Shown: positions 18,148 to 27,615, counted from the first letter of the stretch. The stretch: DNA of 36,220 bases from Methanothrix sp. (GCA_038729265.1 JAVYSI010000001.1:1-36220), one strand, 5' to 3'. Notes: a model not told the origin generated them from the letters alone. Program-made: numbers and translations.

Positions 18148-18948
18148 TTAAATCCGTCGAATTAGATTGTGCACGCCAATATTAAAGAACCTTTTTGTAT
18201 TGTCCGCGACCGCAACGGCACAACTCTCGAAATCCATACCCTTAGCTTTGGCTATCAGCATTATGGATTTGTCGATGTCATAGACATGCATTCCGGCTGT
18301 CGGTGAATCGGTCTCTGCCATTATATTGGATATTGGTATTGATTCTATCGCGTTAGTCCTCTTTGTAGAATGCATTGGCGGTACTGAGATCATAAAGCCC
18401 ATCTTCGCCACCCTTTCGGCCTGTACGCTATCTCCCTCGAAAAAGTGTATATGGGCCCTTTTTATTCCAGATGAGCCAAGGATATCTAATACATCATCTA
18501 GAGCGTCCCTGGAATGGACGCTCGCCGGCTTATCTAGCGCTATGGCAAGGTTTATGAATTTTTTGAACACCTCTTTCTGCCTATCCTTATCCTTTTCACT
18601 GCTCGCAAATTTGTAATCAAGACCTATTTCGCCGATGGCAGATATATTCTTTGCATTGGCCTTTATCAGGTTTATGTTGTAATCGATCTCTTCGTTCGTC
18701 ATCTTCAAAGCGTTTTCAGGGTGAACTCCAGCAGCCGCAAACACTCCAGAGCGCCAATGCTCACCTATTACTGACATATTGGACTTAGTGTCAACGCCAT
18801 TGACCACAAGAGCCGTAACACCGCGCCCATTTGCAATATCTAATTCCTCATCGCTAAGAAAATCAGGATGGCAATGTGCATCTATGAATTCCAGTTTCTG
18901 CTTGTGCTTAAAATCTTCCTTTTTAGCGCTGAGCTGGGCCAATGCCAT
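18148..18948 (-). CDS. tatD: TatD family metal-dependent nuclease
   Basis: DAHCH, GVHPE, IGEIGLD, HSR and ETDSP. Probable ATG start at 18948. Confidence 0.93.
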   Translation of the reverse strand: MALAQLSAKKEDFKHKQKLEFIDAHCHPDFLSDEELDIANGRGVTALVVNGVDTKSNMSVIGEHWRSGVFAAAGVHPENALKMTNEEIDYNINLIKANAKNISAIGEIGLDYKFASSEKDKDRQKEVFKKFINLAIALDKPASVHSRDALDDVLDILGSSGIKRAHIHFFEGDSVQAERVAKMGFMISVPPMHSTKRTNAIESIPISNIMAETDSPTAGMHVYDIDKSIMLIAKAKGMDFESCAVAVADNTKRFFNIGVHNLIRRI

Positions 18949-19014
18949 AGAGATACCTTCAAGTAAAAACATATTATAAAAGATTATATATTTCTTATTT
19001 TAAAATATATTAAT

Positions 19015-20022
19015 ATGGTTTTTGTAATGAAGTCAAAAACATATGCCAGAAAGCCAAAAGCGAGGGCAGCCTACTCAAATCAGTCAATCGCAGAACTTTC
19101 AAGGCAGAAAAATTACTATAAGTGGAGCACAATAGTACTTTTGGTTGTGGTAATTATACTTGCGTTTGCAATGGTAAATCCTCTAAAACCTGCGAATGAG
19201 CATTTTGGCACAAGGCTTACGAATATAGACATGCCGTTCAGTTCGCAATACCTGTCAATAATAAACAATGCTCCAAACTCCTACTTCAATACCGCTGCTT
19301 TAAAGCTACTCAACGGCTCGCTAAGTGATGAGATAATAGACACGCCTCCTACAACTAAATTAAACAATACCTTTGTTGTAAACGGAAAGCCTAGCGTGAT
19401 ATATATAGGTGCAATATCATGTGTATTCTGCGGCGAGAACAGGTGGGCAATGGCATTGGCTCTATCGCGTTTCGGCAACTTTTCAAAGCTTTACGAGGGC
19501 TATAGCAGCTTTGGCGATCATGATGTTCCTACAATCTACTGGAATATTGACAATTATACAACGCCTGAAGGCGTTGGCTTTGGAAATTATTACAACAGCA
19601 ATTACATAAACTTCATATCAGCCGATTACGAATCTCCCATAATCGACGGTTTTGAGGTTCAGCAAATATCCTATTTTGTGAGCCAAGCCCCGAATGATAC
19701 GTACAAGCAGGCAATGTCGTTAATGAATTCTACTAACGATTTTCAAGGCACCCCATTTACTCTTTGGGGCAAAATTCTCGTTCCAGGAGCAACAGGAATA
19801 GTTTTTGGGAACACTACCCCAGATACAGCAACGCTTCCCCTAACCAATGAAACACACGCCCAGGTATTGTCCCAACTCAAGAATTTCAATGACCAGTTCG
19901 CCTGGGGAGAGTACGCTGCCGCTGATGTCTATATAGCTTATCTATGCCCTTCACTAAATAACACTCCGTCAGTTTGCCAGTTGCAGGGAATAAAGGATCT
20001 CGAGGCAAAAATGGGTGTTTGA
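19015..20022 (+). CDS. DUF929-family membrane-anchored thioredoxin-like protein
   Basis: N-terminal TM. NGKPSVIYIGAISCVFCGENRWAMALALSRFGNFS matches the family signature. Start is 19015 or 19027. Confidence 0.8.
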   Translation: MVFVMKSKTYARKPKARAAYSNQSIAELSRQKNYYKWSTIVLLVVVIILAFAMVNPLKPANEHFGTRLTNIDMPFSSQYLSIINNAPNSYFNTAALKLLNGSLSDEIIDTPPTTKLNNTFVVNGKPSVIYIGAISCVFCGENRWAMALALSRFGNFSKLYEGYSSFGDHDVPTIYWNIDNYTTPEGVGFGNYYNSNYINFISADYESPIIDGFEVQQISYFVSQAPNDTYKQAMSLMNSTNDFQGTPFTLWGKILVPGATGIVFGNTTPDTATLPLTNETHAQVLSQLKNFNDQFAWGEYAAADVYIAYLCPSLNNTPSVCQLQGIKDLEAKMGV

Positions 20023-20550
20023 ATGAGTGTTTATGGAATGTTTAGATCCCTATACATAAAGAAGCCGAAATATATTGCGTTGAACTTAGCAGCTTTCCTC
20101 GCATACTATTTTGTAATGAATGGGATAGTTCTTTTTGACAACAAGATTATTCTTTTTAACAATATCATTTCAGAATATCTATTTTATTTAATAGCTATTA
20201 CTTCTTCTGTTCTTGTGACTTTGGCCATATACTCTATTTTCAATACGCGTAATAACAACGCAAAGCTTTCGGCTCCGGTTTCCGGGAGTGTTATAGCACT
20301 TGCGGGCAGTTTTGCAGTAAGCTGTGGTTGCAGCTTCTCTGCGCTTTCATATCTTGCGGTAATAGGTTTGAGTGCAAGCTCTATAATAAGCCTAGACACA
20401 ACAATAGCAAACTATGAGACGCCTATAATGCTTGCCGCACTCATACTAAACCTTGCATTGTTAGGATACTATGCAAACAAGCTTTCAAAACCCATGTGCA
20501 ACATAAAGCAGCATAAGAAATCAAGAAAGAATAAAAAGAGAGTAATATGA
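20023..20550 (+). CDS. Four-TM membrane protein with an SCGC motif
   Basis: Four hydrophobic segments and a basic C-tail. Starts 1 nt after the DUF929 stop. Confidence 0.75.
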   Translation: MSVYGMFRSLYIKKPKYIALNLAAFLAYYFVMNGIVLFDNKIILFNNIISEYLFYLIAITSSVLVTLAIYSIFNTRNNNAKLSAPVSGSVIALAGSFAVSCGCSFSALSYLAVIGLSASSIISLDTTIANYETPIMLAALILNLALLGYYANKLSKPMCNIKQHKKSRKNKKRVI

Positions 20551-20551
20551 A

Positions 20552-21721
20552 ATGGCAGCTAAAAGCCGAATCAATAGCGAAAAACGAAAGAAGCAACAGG
20601 CCCATGTGGAAAAATCTTCATCAGATATAAATGTAATTAAAAAACAAAGAAAAACCAATATCAACAAAAGCACACGCGACAAACGAATACGTTTGTCGGT
20701 AAAAAAATCACAAAAAACAAAAAAAAGGAAGTTGCCTGTTAAAAAAAGAGAAGCCAAAACACTAGCAGTAAACTACCAGCCCGAACCGCCTGACTCGTAC
20801 AACCACGCTATTATAAGGGACCTGCTGTCCCAGCATGTCGCAAATGAAACCAACCCAGTTTCTGCAGAAGCTATAATTTTTTCCAAGATTATAATGCATC
20901 TTAGCATGCCACCTAACGAACAATATAAATCAGGGTTCAGGCTGGGAAAGCTATATTACAACCAAGCAGTTATCTCAAGGCCCAAATGGTATGAAGATTT
21001 GATTCCAGAGCTCACAAAGCTTTTTCAGAAGCTAGGCTATATGGCAAAATACCAGATATCAGGATCGAGAAATCCATCAATAATTTTAAAATCCTCAGCG
21101 AACGCGAATCTTGGCCTCAAAATGCATTCTTTCGAGGCAGGCATAATGTCCGGTTTCCTGAGCGGCGCGAAGAATGCCTACATGGCCATGTACGAAAGCG
21201 AATGCGCATGCGACGGTGCAGACGAATGTATATTCGAGCTTGGCCGAAAAGAGGGAACAAGCACGGACAAAAACTCCCTTATTAGAAATTTTGCAAGGCA
21301 TCTTGCAACTTCGCACACCAAAAATGGGGAGCACCGGGACTTTTCGCTGCTCTACAACGCGATGCTTCTTTCTACCGTAAAGCATGTAAGAGGTACAATG
21401 CCCGAAATGCACAAGCTCGGCGAATACTCAAGCAAGGAATTCGGCTTAGATAAATATAATCTGGGAAATTCAATGCGCATGATTTCAGAAATAATGCGCT
21501 CGGTCTCTGCGTCCAGCTCATTCGAATCCAAAGGCCATGAGATAAAATTAACCTTTGATTCACTGAATTCGGATTCACGCTACATGGATTCGTTAAGCCA
21601 GTTCGCATCAGGGCTGACTAACGGTGCGGCTAAAATATCAGTAAACCTTTCAGATACCGGGCTTTCTTATGCTCTGGGGATAAGCTTTGACGCAAAGCTT
21701 TTAAAACTGAAGAATAAATAA
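20552..21721 (+). CDS. V4R-domain protein with a long Lys/Arg-rich N-terminus
   Basis: SFEAGIMSGFLSG...ESECACDGADECIFE is the V4R signature. Confidence 0.72.
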   Translation: MAAKSRINSEKRKKQQAHVEKSSSDINVIKKQRKTNINKSTRDKRIRLSVKKSQKTKKRKLPVKKREAKTLAVNYQPEPPDSYNHAIIRDLLSQHVANETNPVSAEAIIFSKIIMHLSMPPNEQYKSGFRLGKLYYNQAVISRPKWYEDLIPELTKLFQKLGYMAKYQISGSRNPSIILKSSANANLGLKMHSFEAGIMSGFLSGAKNAYMAMYESECACDGADECIFELGRKEGTSTDKNSLIRNFARHLATSHTKNGEHRDFSLLYNAMLLSTVKHVRGTMPEMHKLGEYSSKEFGLDKYNLGNSMRMISEIMRSVSASSSFESKGHEIKLTFDSLNSDSRYMDSLSQFASGLTNGAAKISVNLSDTGLSYALGISFDAKLLKLKNK

Positions 21722-21829
21722 CCTAAAATGCTGGTGCTTATTTAGAAACCGGCTAAACCTAAGGTATAACTAAAGCATCGCACCAGATTTAAATCACGGC
21801 AATCGCGAAACTCAATAACGGAGGTAATA

Positions 21830-23284
21830 ATGGCACTAGAATTCATGGACAAGATAGCCCCGTACATACCAACGATAAGGAGTCCTAAAAAGCCACTGTC
21901 GCTAAGGGAAAAGATGTATTGGACGGCTGGCATAATGGCTATCTACTTCATACTTTACAACGCATACGCCATAGGCGTCAGCCCAACGGCAGTTTCTCAG
22001 CCTGTGTTGCAGCTCATAAGCATAATATTTGCCGCAAAGATAGGCAGCCTGATAACTGTCGGAATAGGTCCGATAGTGCTTTCCAGCATAATATTGCAAT
22101 TGCTTAATGGTTCCGGATTGCTGAAAATGGACATGAATGACACGACCCAGAAGTCAAGGTTCCAGGCCATGCAGAAACTTGCTGCAATGTCAATAGCAAT
22201 AATAGAATCAGCGGTTTTCGTGATAAGCGGGTACGTCCCGGTGATCAGCTCCGCACAGATAGGCATAGTCATACTGCAGCTTGCAATAGGTGCCATAATA
22301 ATCATATTCCTTGACGAGATAATGACCAAGTATGGGATAACCTCTGGTATAAATATGTTCATAGCTGGAGGAGTATCATTCGCCATAGTGGCAGGAACGA
22401 TAAAAATACTTATACCAGAAGCTATAGCCGCAATACAGGCTGGTGGCGCAGCCGCGCTTTCTAATGCAATAATGGCTTTTGGCCCGCTGTTCTTCGCCAT
22501 AATAATATTCCTGATAAGCATATATGCATACGGAATGAAGATAGAGCTGCCACTCAGCTTCGAACAGCTTAGGGGTGTAGGTGGAAGGCTACCTATACCG
22601 TTCCTATATGTTAGCGTGCTTCCTGTCATACTAGCTACTGCTCTAGAAGAGAGTTTAAGCGTCTGGTTCAAGCCATTGCTCTACAACGTGGGCGGTTCGC
22701 TCGGCAATATAGCCAAATTCATAGGGTTGTACCAGAACATTGGAGGCACTGTGACGCTAAATGGAGGGCTCTTGTATCTCATTTCCCCTGATTTCCCGCT
22801 TCCTTATGCAGCACCGTACGGCATAGGTAACTATGCCACCTATTTCACATATCTGGCAACGCATACGACCCAGCTGTTCATGCCATGGGGCGGTTTCGTG
22901 CTAGTCCCTGAATGGATACACATGATAATATATGTGCTTGTTTTCGTAGTGCTTTGCGTGATATTTGGAAAGTTCTGGGTCGAGATGACAGGCCAATCCC
23001 CGAAGAACATGGCTCAGCAGCTCGGAGACATGGGCTGGCAGATACCTGGGTTCAGGCGTGACCCAAGGATAGTCGAGAACGTGCTCAACAAATACATACC
23101 TACTATAACCGTACTCGGCAGCATATTCGTAGGGCTGCTCGCAGCGGTAGCGAACCTAACCGGAGCCATAGGAACAGGCATAGGGATACTGCTTACCGTT
23201 GGCATAATATACATGCTGTACCAACAGCTCGAACAGGAGAGCCTTTTCGAGACGTATCCGATGCTGGACAAGCTAACGAAATAG
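21830..23284 (+). CDS. secY: Protein translocase subunit SecY
   Basis: GSLITVGIGPIV, LDEIMTKYGITSG, YVSVLPVIL, QIPGFR and GTGIGILLTV. GGAGGT RBS. Confidence 0.97.
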   Translation: MALEFMDKIAPYIPTIRSPKKPLSLREKMYWTAGIMAIYFILYNAYAIGVSPTAVSQPVLQLISIIFAAKIGSLITVGIGPIVLSSIILQLLNGSGLLKMDMNDTTQKSRFQAMQKLAAMSIAIIESAVFVISGYVPVISSAQIGIVILQLAIGAIIIIFLDEIMTKYGITSGINMFIAGGVSFAIVAGTIKILIPEAIAAIQAGGAAALSNAIMAFGPLFFAIIIFLISIYAYGMKIELPLSFEQLRGVGGRLPIPFLYVSVLPVILATALEESLSVWFKPLLYNVGGSLGNIAKFIGLYQNIGGTVTLNGGLLYLISPDFPLPYAAPYGIGNYATYFTYLATHTTQLFMPWGGFVLVPEWIHMIIYVLVFVVLCVIFGKFWVEMTGQSPKNMAQQLGDMGWQIPGFRRDPRIVENVLNKYIPTITVLGSIFVGLLAAVANLTGAIGTGIGILLTVGIIYMLYQQLEQESLFETYPMLDKLTK

Positions 23285-23311
23285 ATTGCATAATAAGTGT
23301 AAAATAAAGTT

Positions 23312-23330
23312 TGCCGGATTTTATCCGGCA
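23312..23330. terminator. Perfect 8-bp inverted repeat between convergent secY and rpl41e
   Basis: TGCCGGAT-TTT-ATCCGGCA. Terminator or stability role is inferred from position only. Confidence 0.45.
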
Positions 23331-23363
23331 TAAAGAAAAAGGTTTTCCGCAAGAATGGAGAGC

Positions 23364-23477
23364 TCAAAGCTCTCCTACTCTGCGTTTCTGTGCTCTTTTC
23401 AAGCGCTTGCGCCTTTTCTTCTTCCATTTCCAGCGCATTCGCCCTTTCTTCTTCCATTTTCTAGGGATGCTTCCCAA
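23364..23477 (-). CDS. rpl41e: Ribosomal protein eL41 (L41e), 37 aa
   Basis: Hand translation MGSIPRKWKKKGRMRWKWKKKRRKRLKRAQKRRVGEL. PRKWKKKGRMRWKW is the Thermococcales-type L41e signature. TTG start with AGGTG-N5. Confidence 0.9.
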   Translation of the reverse strand: MGSIPRKWKKKGRMRWKWKKKRRKRLKRAQKRRVGEL

Positions 23478-23595
23478 AATAACACCTTTGAACATTGCCG
23501 CTACTAAGCTGCATCGGCGTATAGTATTTATCCATCATCCTTTAAATAAGTTCTGTATTCATATATACTGTCTCAATAATCGGTACGGTGTTGCA

Positions 23596-24648
23596 ACGCA
23601 CAAAGGCATAATCGCATACATAGCAATAATACTCGTTATAATAGCTCTTTGGTATTTCACCGTCGGCTTCAAACTACCGACAAGGATAACAAGCACTTCC
23701 ACGCTTTCAAGCACAATAACACCAAACACCTCATCCAATGTAACTCCGAATAAGACTACTACGGCATCGACCACGATATATTATCTGAGCAACTGCGCCG
23801 ATTTAGGTATATTCAATTCAACAAGCAACACAGTAACAACCAATTACTGCTCATGGCATGGGGGCACAATAGGCATATGGGTCGCTTCCGGAAGCACAAA
23901 AAGCATAAACTACTCAATAAAAGGGATAAACAACATAACTTACCTTAAAGGCTCATCATCATATTCGTGCGTTACGTTCCTGCAGAACATAACACTGCCG
24001 GCACAGATATACAATGTGACGCTGAAGACAGGCCAGCCTGGCGGCACGTGCAGCAACAAGTACGCATTTATAAAGCTCAACACCACTACAACTGCACCAT
24101 CAAACGTAATCTACCCTGAAGTATACAACGGCAATTTTAGTACAGGAGCATACAACGGCTGGTCCTTGAATGGCACTGGATTCGGCACTGCACCTTTGAG
24201 CGTGGCTAAAGCCGACAGCGAAGGCTGCTACCTAACTGCTCCATGGGCAGGTTACAACGGCAGCTATTTTGCGACAACGTTCAACTGCGGGCTGAGCAAT
24301 GCCCCAGGCAATCTGACATCTAGCCAATTCATCGTATCGGAACCATTCCTAAATTTCAAGATAATAAGCCCGGAAGACGCCAACATATATGTCGAAATAC
24401 TGCGCAACGGCTCTCCTGCTGAGATAGCGCATTATAATACATACAACATATCAAAATTCGGCGCAACCGCACCGTACACATTCAGAAATGCAAGCATACC
24501 TCTAATATCGTTATCTGGCGATGTTGTGCAAATAAGGGTTGTGGCCAGAAGCCTCAAACACCACAACTACGTCGCGGTTACAGGTTTCCAAATGTCACCA
24601 CTTCCGTCACAGACTCCTGGCATACTAATAAACCTGACGTCAACCTAA
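23596..24648 (+). CDS. Membrane-anchored secreted glycoprotein with an S/T-rich linker and a carbohydrate-binding-like C-terminal domain
   Basis: HKGIIAYIAIILVIIALWYF anchor, Thr/Ser stalk, NGNFSTGAYNGW and GNLTSSQF. The ORF-track start at 23311 runs across rpl41e; proposed start is ACG 23596. Confidence 0.72.
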   Translation, partial: THKGIIAYIAIILVIIALWYFTVGFKLPTRITSTSTLSSTITPNTSSNVTPNKTTTASTTIYYLSNCADLGIFNSTSNTVTTNYCSWHGGTIGIWVASGSTKSINYSIKGINNITYLKGSSSYSCVTFLQNITLPAQIYNVTLKTGQPGGTCSNKYAFIKLNTTTTAPSNVIYPEVYNGNFSTGAYNGWSLNGTGFGTAPLSVAKADSEGCYLTAPWAGYNGSYFATTFNCGLSNAPGNLTSSQFIVSEPFLNFKIISPEDANIYVEILRNGSPAEIAHYNTYNISKFGATAPYTFRNASIPLISLSGDVVQIRVVARSLKHHNYVAVTGFQMSPLPSQTPGILINLTST

Positions 24649-24692
24649 TTTTCTGCGCGAAACAATAAATAACTGCAAGCGTAATCATAATC

Positions 24693-25784
24693 ATGCAAAG
24701 CATAAGCGTGCTTCCCCTGCATGGCGGACGGGCCCCAAAATGGCTGTTTCCGAGAATGGTCAAGCTATCGAAGCTGATAAGCGACGTCATAATACGCGAG
24801 TACGGAGAATCCGAATTTGTATCTAGGCTATCGAACCCTTACTGGTTCCAGGCGCTTTCCTGCGCGATAGGGTACGACTGGCACAGCAGCGGTACTACTA
24901 CCGTGACAATGGGAGCGCTAAAAGAAGCGTTAAACAACAATTCAGGAATTTTTATAGCTGGGGGCAAGGGCAAGCAGGGAACGACCACACCAGAGCAGAT
25001 AGTTAAGGGTCTCAGATACTTTTCAATGGATTCCAAGGCCGATGAATACATACACCTGAGCAGGATAGCCGCGAAGATAGATTCCGCACTGGTATATGAT
25101 GATATAGGGATATACCAACACACTTTTGTATTTTCGGACAAGGGCGACTGGTGCGTAGTCCAGCAGGCTATGCAAAACTCCACAAGCAAAGCCATAAGAT
25201 TCCAGATAGATTCAAGGAAAATAGACCGTTCTGACATCACTAAAGAGACAAACAGTGCAGTAGGTTCTTCAATCAGTTCCCAAACGCTGGATCTGACATT
25301 CAAGGATAACACTGATATAAAAAAGGACAGCGTTTCAGCCATCAGCGAGGATATAAACAGCATACTCGGTTTTGAAAGAAAAGTATACAAGCTTCCGTCG
25401 CGCCACGAAATACTTGAAAATATAGACCTTTCAAAGCGCGCACGCGATACTCTAAAATATGCCAACGAAATGCAGCCGGAGAATTACGAGGAGCTTCTGT
25501 CAATAAAAGGGATGGGAAGAAAAACCCTGAAATCGCTTGCACTTATCTCTTCCCTGATATATGATAAAGAGATATCATACAGGGACCCGGTGATGTATTC
25601 CTACAACGTTGGAGGAAAGGACGGGATACCATATCCCATAAACCTTAAGGAATACGATGACGTTATAGTTAAGATGAAAGAAGTCGTAAAAGCCTCAGAA
25701 ATGAATAGCAGCGAATCCGCTGGATCTCTGTCCAGGCTTTCAGCAGATCTGGCTAGGCAGTATCGCCTTGCAGATCTGAAATGA
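24693..25784 (+). CDS. DUF763 family protein
   Basis: LPLHGGRAPKWL, WFQALSCAIGYDWHSSGTTT, AKIDSA and GGKDGIPYP. Confidence 0.9.
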   Translation: MQSISVLPLHGGRAPKWLFPRMVKLSKLISDVIIREYGESEFVSRLSNPYWFQALSCAIGYDWHSSGTTTVTMGALKEALNNNSGIFIAGGKGKQGTTTPEQIVKGLRYFSMDSKADEYIHLSRIAAKIDSALVYDDIGIYQHTFVFSDKGDWCVVQQAMQNSTSKAIRFQIDSRKIDRSDITKETNSAVGSSISSQTLDLTFKDNTDIKKDSVSAISEDINSILGFERKVYKLPSRHEILENIDLSKRARDTLKYANEMQPENYEELLSIKGMGRKTLKSLALISSLIYDKEISYRDPVMYSYNVGGKDGIPYPINLKEYDDVIVKMKEVVKASEMNSSESAGSLSRLSADLARQYRLADLK

Positions 25785-25788
25785 CGCG

Positions 25789-26298
25789 TCATGCGGCTTG
25801 TTCGTCGTCCTTTTTGCCTAGGAACTTTTTGCCGACTTCGGCACGTGTCTCCATGCTCTTGCTCAGCGAATCTATCTCATCGGGCTTCATCACGTGCTCA
25901 AGTATGTACTTCGAGTACGTTACCGATATCTGAGAAAGCTCAAGGATCAGGCTCTGCAGTTCTGCCGTGCTGAACCTCATCTCCTTTTCAGGTCTCAATA
26001 CTTCAACGCCTGCAGGCGCGTAGTTGAAGGCAACGCCTATCAGCGGAAAGAAGCTCTCGAACAGGACCGTGACCATGGCGCTGGTGGTATATACATCATC
26101 CCTTTTGAGTGGTTCTTCTATGCTGCCATAGCAGTAGACTACGCCCTTTTCCTTCATCAGCCTTTCGTTTATCAAATCTGCCATCAGCGGCTGCAGCTTA
26201 TCCTTATCCTTGTGCTGCATGTCAAAATAAAATTTCACGAGAACGCCGCCTTTCGCTATCTTCTCGTCGGTAAGCTTTTCAACTTCTGATTTTCCCAT
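25789..26298 (-). CDS. Hypothetical protein
   Basis: AGGT RBS and ATG start; globular composition; lies downstream of hisS. Confidence 0.75.
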   Translation of the reverse strand: MGKSEVEKLTDEKIAKGGVLVKFYFDMQHKDKDKLQPLMADLINERLMKEKGVVYCYGSIEEPLKRDDVYTTSAMVTVLFESFFPLIGVAFNYAPAGVEVLRPEKEMRFSTAELQSLILELSQISVTYSKYILEHVMKPDEIDSLSKSMETRAEVGKKFLGKKDDEQAA

Positions 26299-26343
26299 GC
26301 CAATTACCTTCGAATAATATACTCTATCCTAAAAATTTATAAA

Positions 26344-27615
26344 TTACTTGGAAATTTTTGTTATTGCCTCATCTATTGATATTTCCAATTCCTCTCCGGT
26401 GTCCATATCCCTAAGTTTTACCTTGCCGCTCTCCTGCTCCTTCGGCCCTACAACTATAGAATATGGTATGCCTAGAGAAGAGGCATACGATAACTGATTC
26501 GATATATTCCTGCTAGCCTGATTGAGGTCTACATCTATGCCTGCGCTCCTCAATTTCATTGTAACATCAAGTGCGTAATTGTAATTCTGCTCCTTTATAT
26601 AGGCGATGAACACTTTAGAATATGTGCGCTTTTTGCTTTCACTGAACCTTATTACATCAAGCACCCTGTCAATCCCTATGCTAAAGCCCACACCCGGAAG
26701 CTTTATATCGCTGAATTTAGAGACGAGATTGTCATAGCGGCCACCTGAACATATTGAAGTGCTGCCACCAACGCCAGTGTTGTCAAAGGTTTCCATAACT
26801 ATTCCTGTATAATAATCAATGCCCCTAACTATAGATGGGTCTATCACATACCTGCCCTTTATCCCATATCTTTGCAAAAGCTCAAGCGTGCCAGATATTT
26901 CATCGCAAGCATCCTGCCTTCCAGCCATCGCGTTTATCGACTCTATTCTTTCATCGTTAGTTCCAGAAATCCTGACGAATGCGCCTATCTGGTCTATTGC
27001 ATCGTCCTTGATTCCCATAGAGGAAAGCTCTTTTGCAACTCCATCATCGCCAATCTTGTCGGCCTTGTCCATTACCCTCATTACCTTCTGTGCCTGTTCC
27101 TTCAACCCTATCCTTTCCATAAAGATGTCCACGACCTGCCTGCTGTTGAGCTTTATCGTATAATCCAACCCTAGCGCATCCATAGCCTTGCAGACAGCGG
27201 CTATCGCTTCAGCGTTCGCCTTTATTGGGTCGCCTCCGAGTATATCAACGTCAGCCTGGGCAAACTCCCTGAGCCTCATCCTTTGCGGCTCGTCCATGCG
27301 CCAGACCGTGCCTATCGCATATCTCTTGAACGGCAGGGGCATGCTGTTGTGCATGCTTATGTACCTTGCCAATCCTACGGTGTGGTCGTATCTGAGCCCG
27401 TTGTTCTGGTCCTTGAGCTCAAATATCAGCTTGTTCTCTTCGCCTATGACTTCCTTGGCCTTGAGCACGTCCAGGCTCTCCATATAAGGCGTGTATATTG
27501 GAAGGAAGCCGAAGCTCCTGTATATGCGCTCAACTTTCTCCATAACTTCATTTCTGGCTATGGCCTCGTTCGGCATGAGGTCCCTTACTCCCCTTGGAAA
27601 CGGTATTTCTCCCAT
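26344..27615 (-). CDS. hisS: Histidine--tRNA ligase
   Basis: PRGVRD, LRYDHT, REFAQADVD, RGIDYYTG and GGRYDNL, plus an anticodon-binding domain. ATG 27615. Confidence 0.97.
   Translation of the reverse strand: MGEIPFPRGVRDLMPNEAIARNEVMEKVERIYRSFGFLPIYTPYMESLDVLKAKEVIGEENKLIFELKDQNNGLRYDHTVGLARYISMHNSMPLPFKRYAIGTVWRMDEPQRMRLREFAQADVDILGGDPIKANAEAIAAVCKAMDALGLDYTIKLNSRQVVDIFMERIGLKEQAQKVMRVMDKADKIGDDGVAKELSSMGIKDDAIDQIGAFVRISGTNDERIESINAMAGRQDACDEISGTLELLQRYGIKGRYVIDPSIVRGIDYYTGIVMETFDNTGVGGSTSICSGGRYDNLVSKFSDIKLPGVGFSIGIDRVLDVIRFSESKKRTYSKVFIAYIKEQNYNYALDVTMKLRSAGIDVDLNQASRNISNQLSYASSLGIPYSIVVGPKEQESGKVKLRDMDTGEELEISIDEAITKISK

Noticed and set aside
23312-23330. Resemblance of the hairpin to enterobacterial REP elements
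   Set aside because: Single copy noticed in the window and no associated transposase.
23014-23457. 147-aa minus-strand ORF with an MEEE repeat
   Set aside because: Alternative frame of rpl41e running antisense into secY.
23411-23459. Near-identical 19-nt direct repeat with 30-nt period
   Set aside because: Explained by the two KWKKK motifs of L41e; only two copies, so not a CRISPR array.
23311-23595. N-terminal 95 aa of the 445-aa ORF-track protein
   Set aside because: It is the antisense of rpl41e plus promoter DNA, and it would bury the signal anchor.
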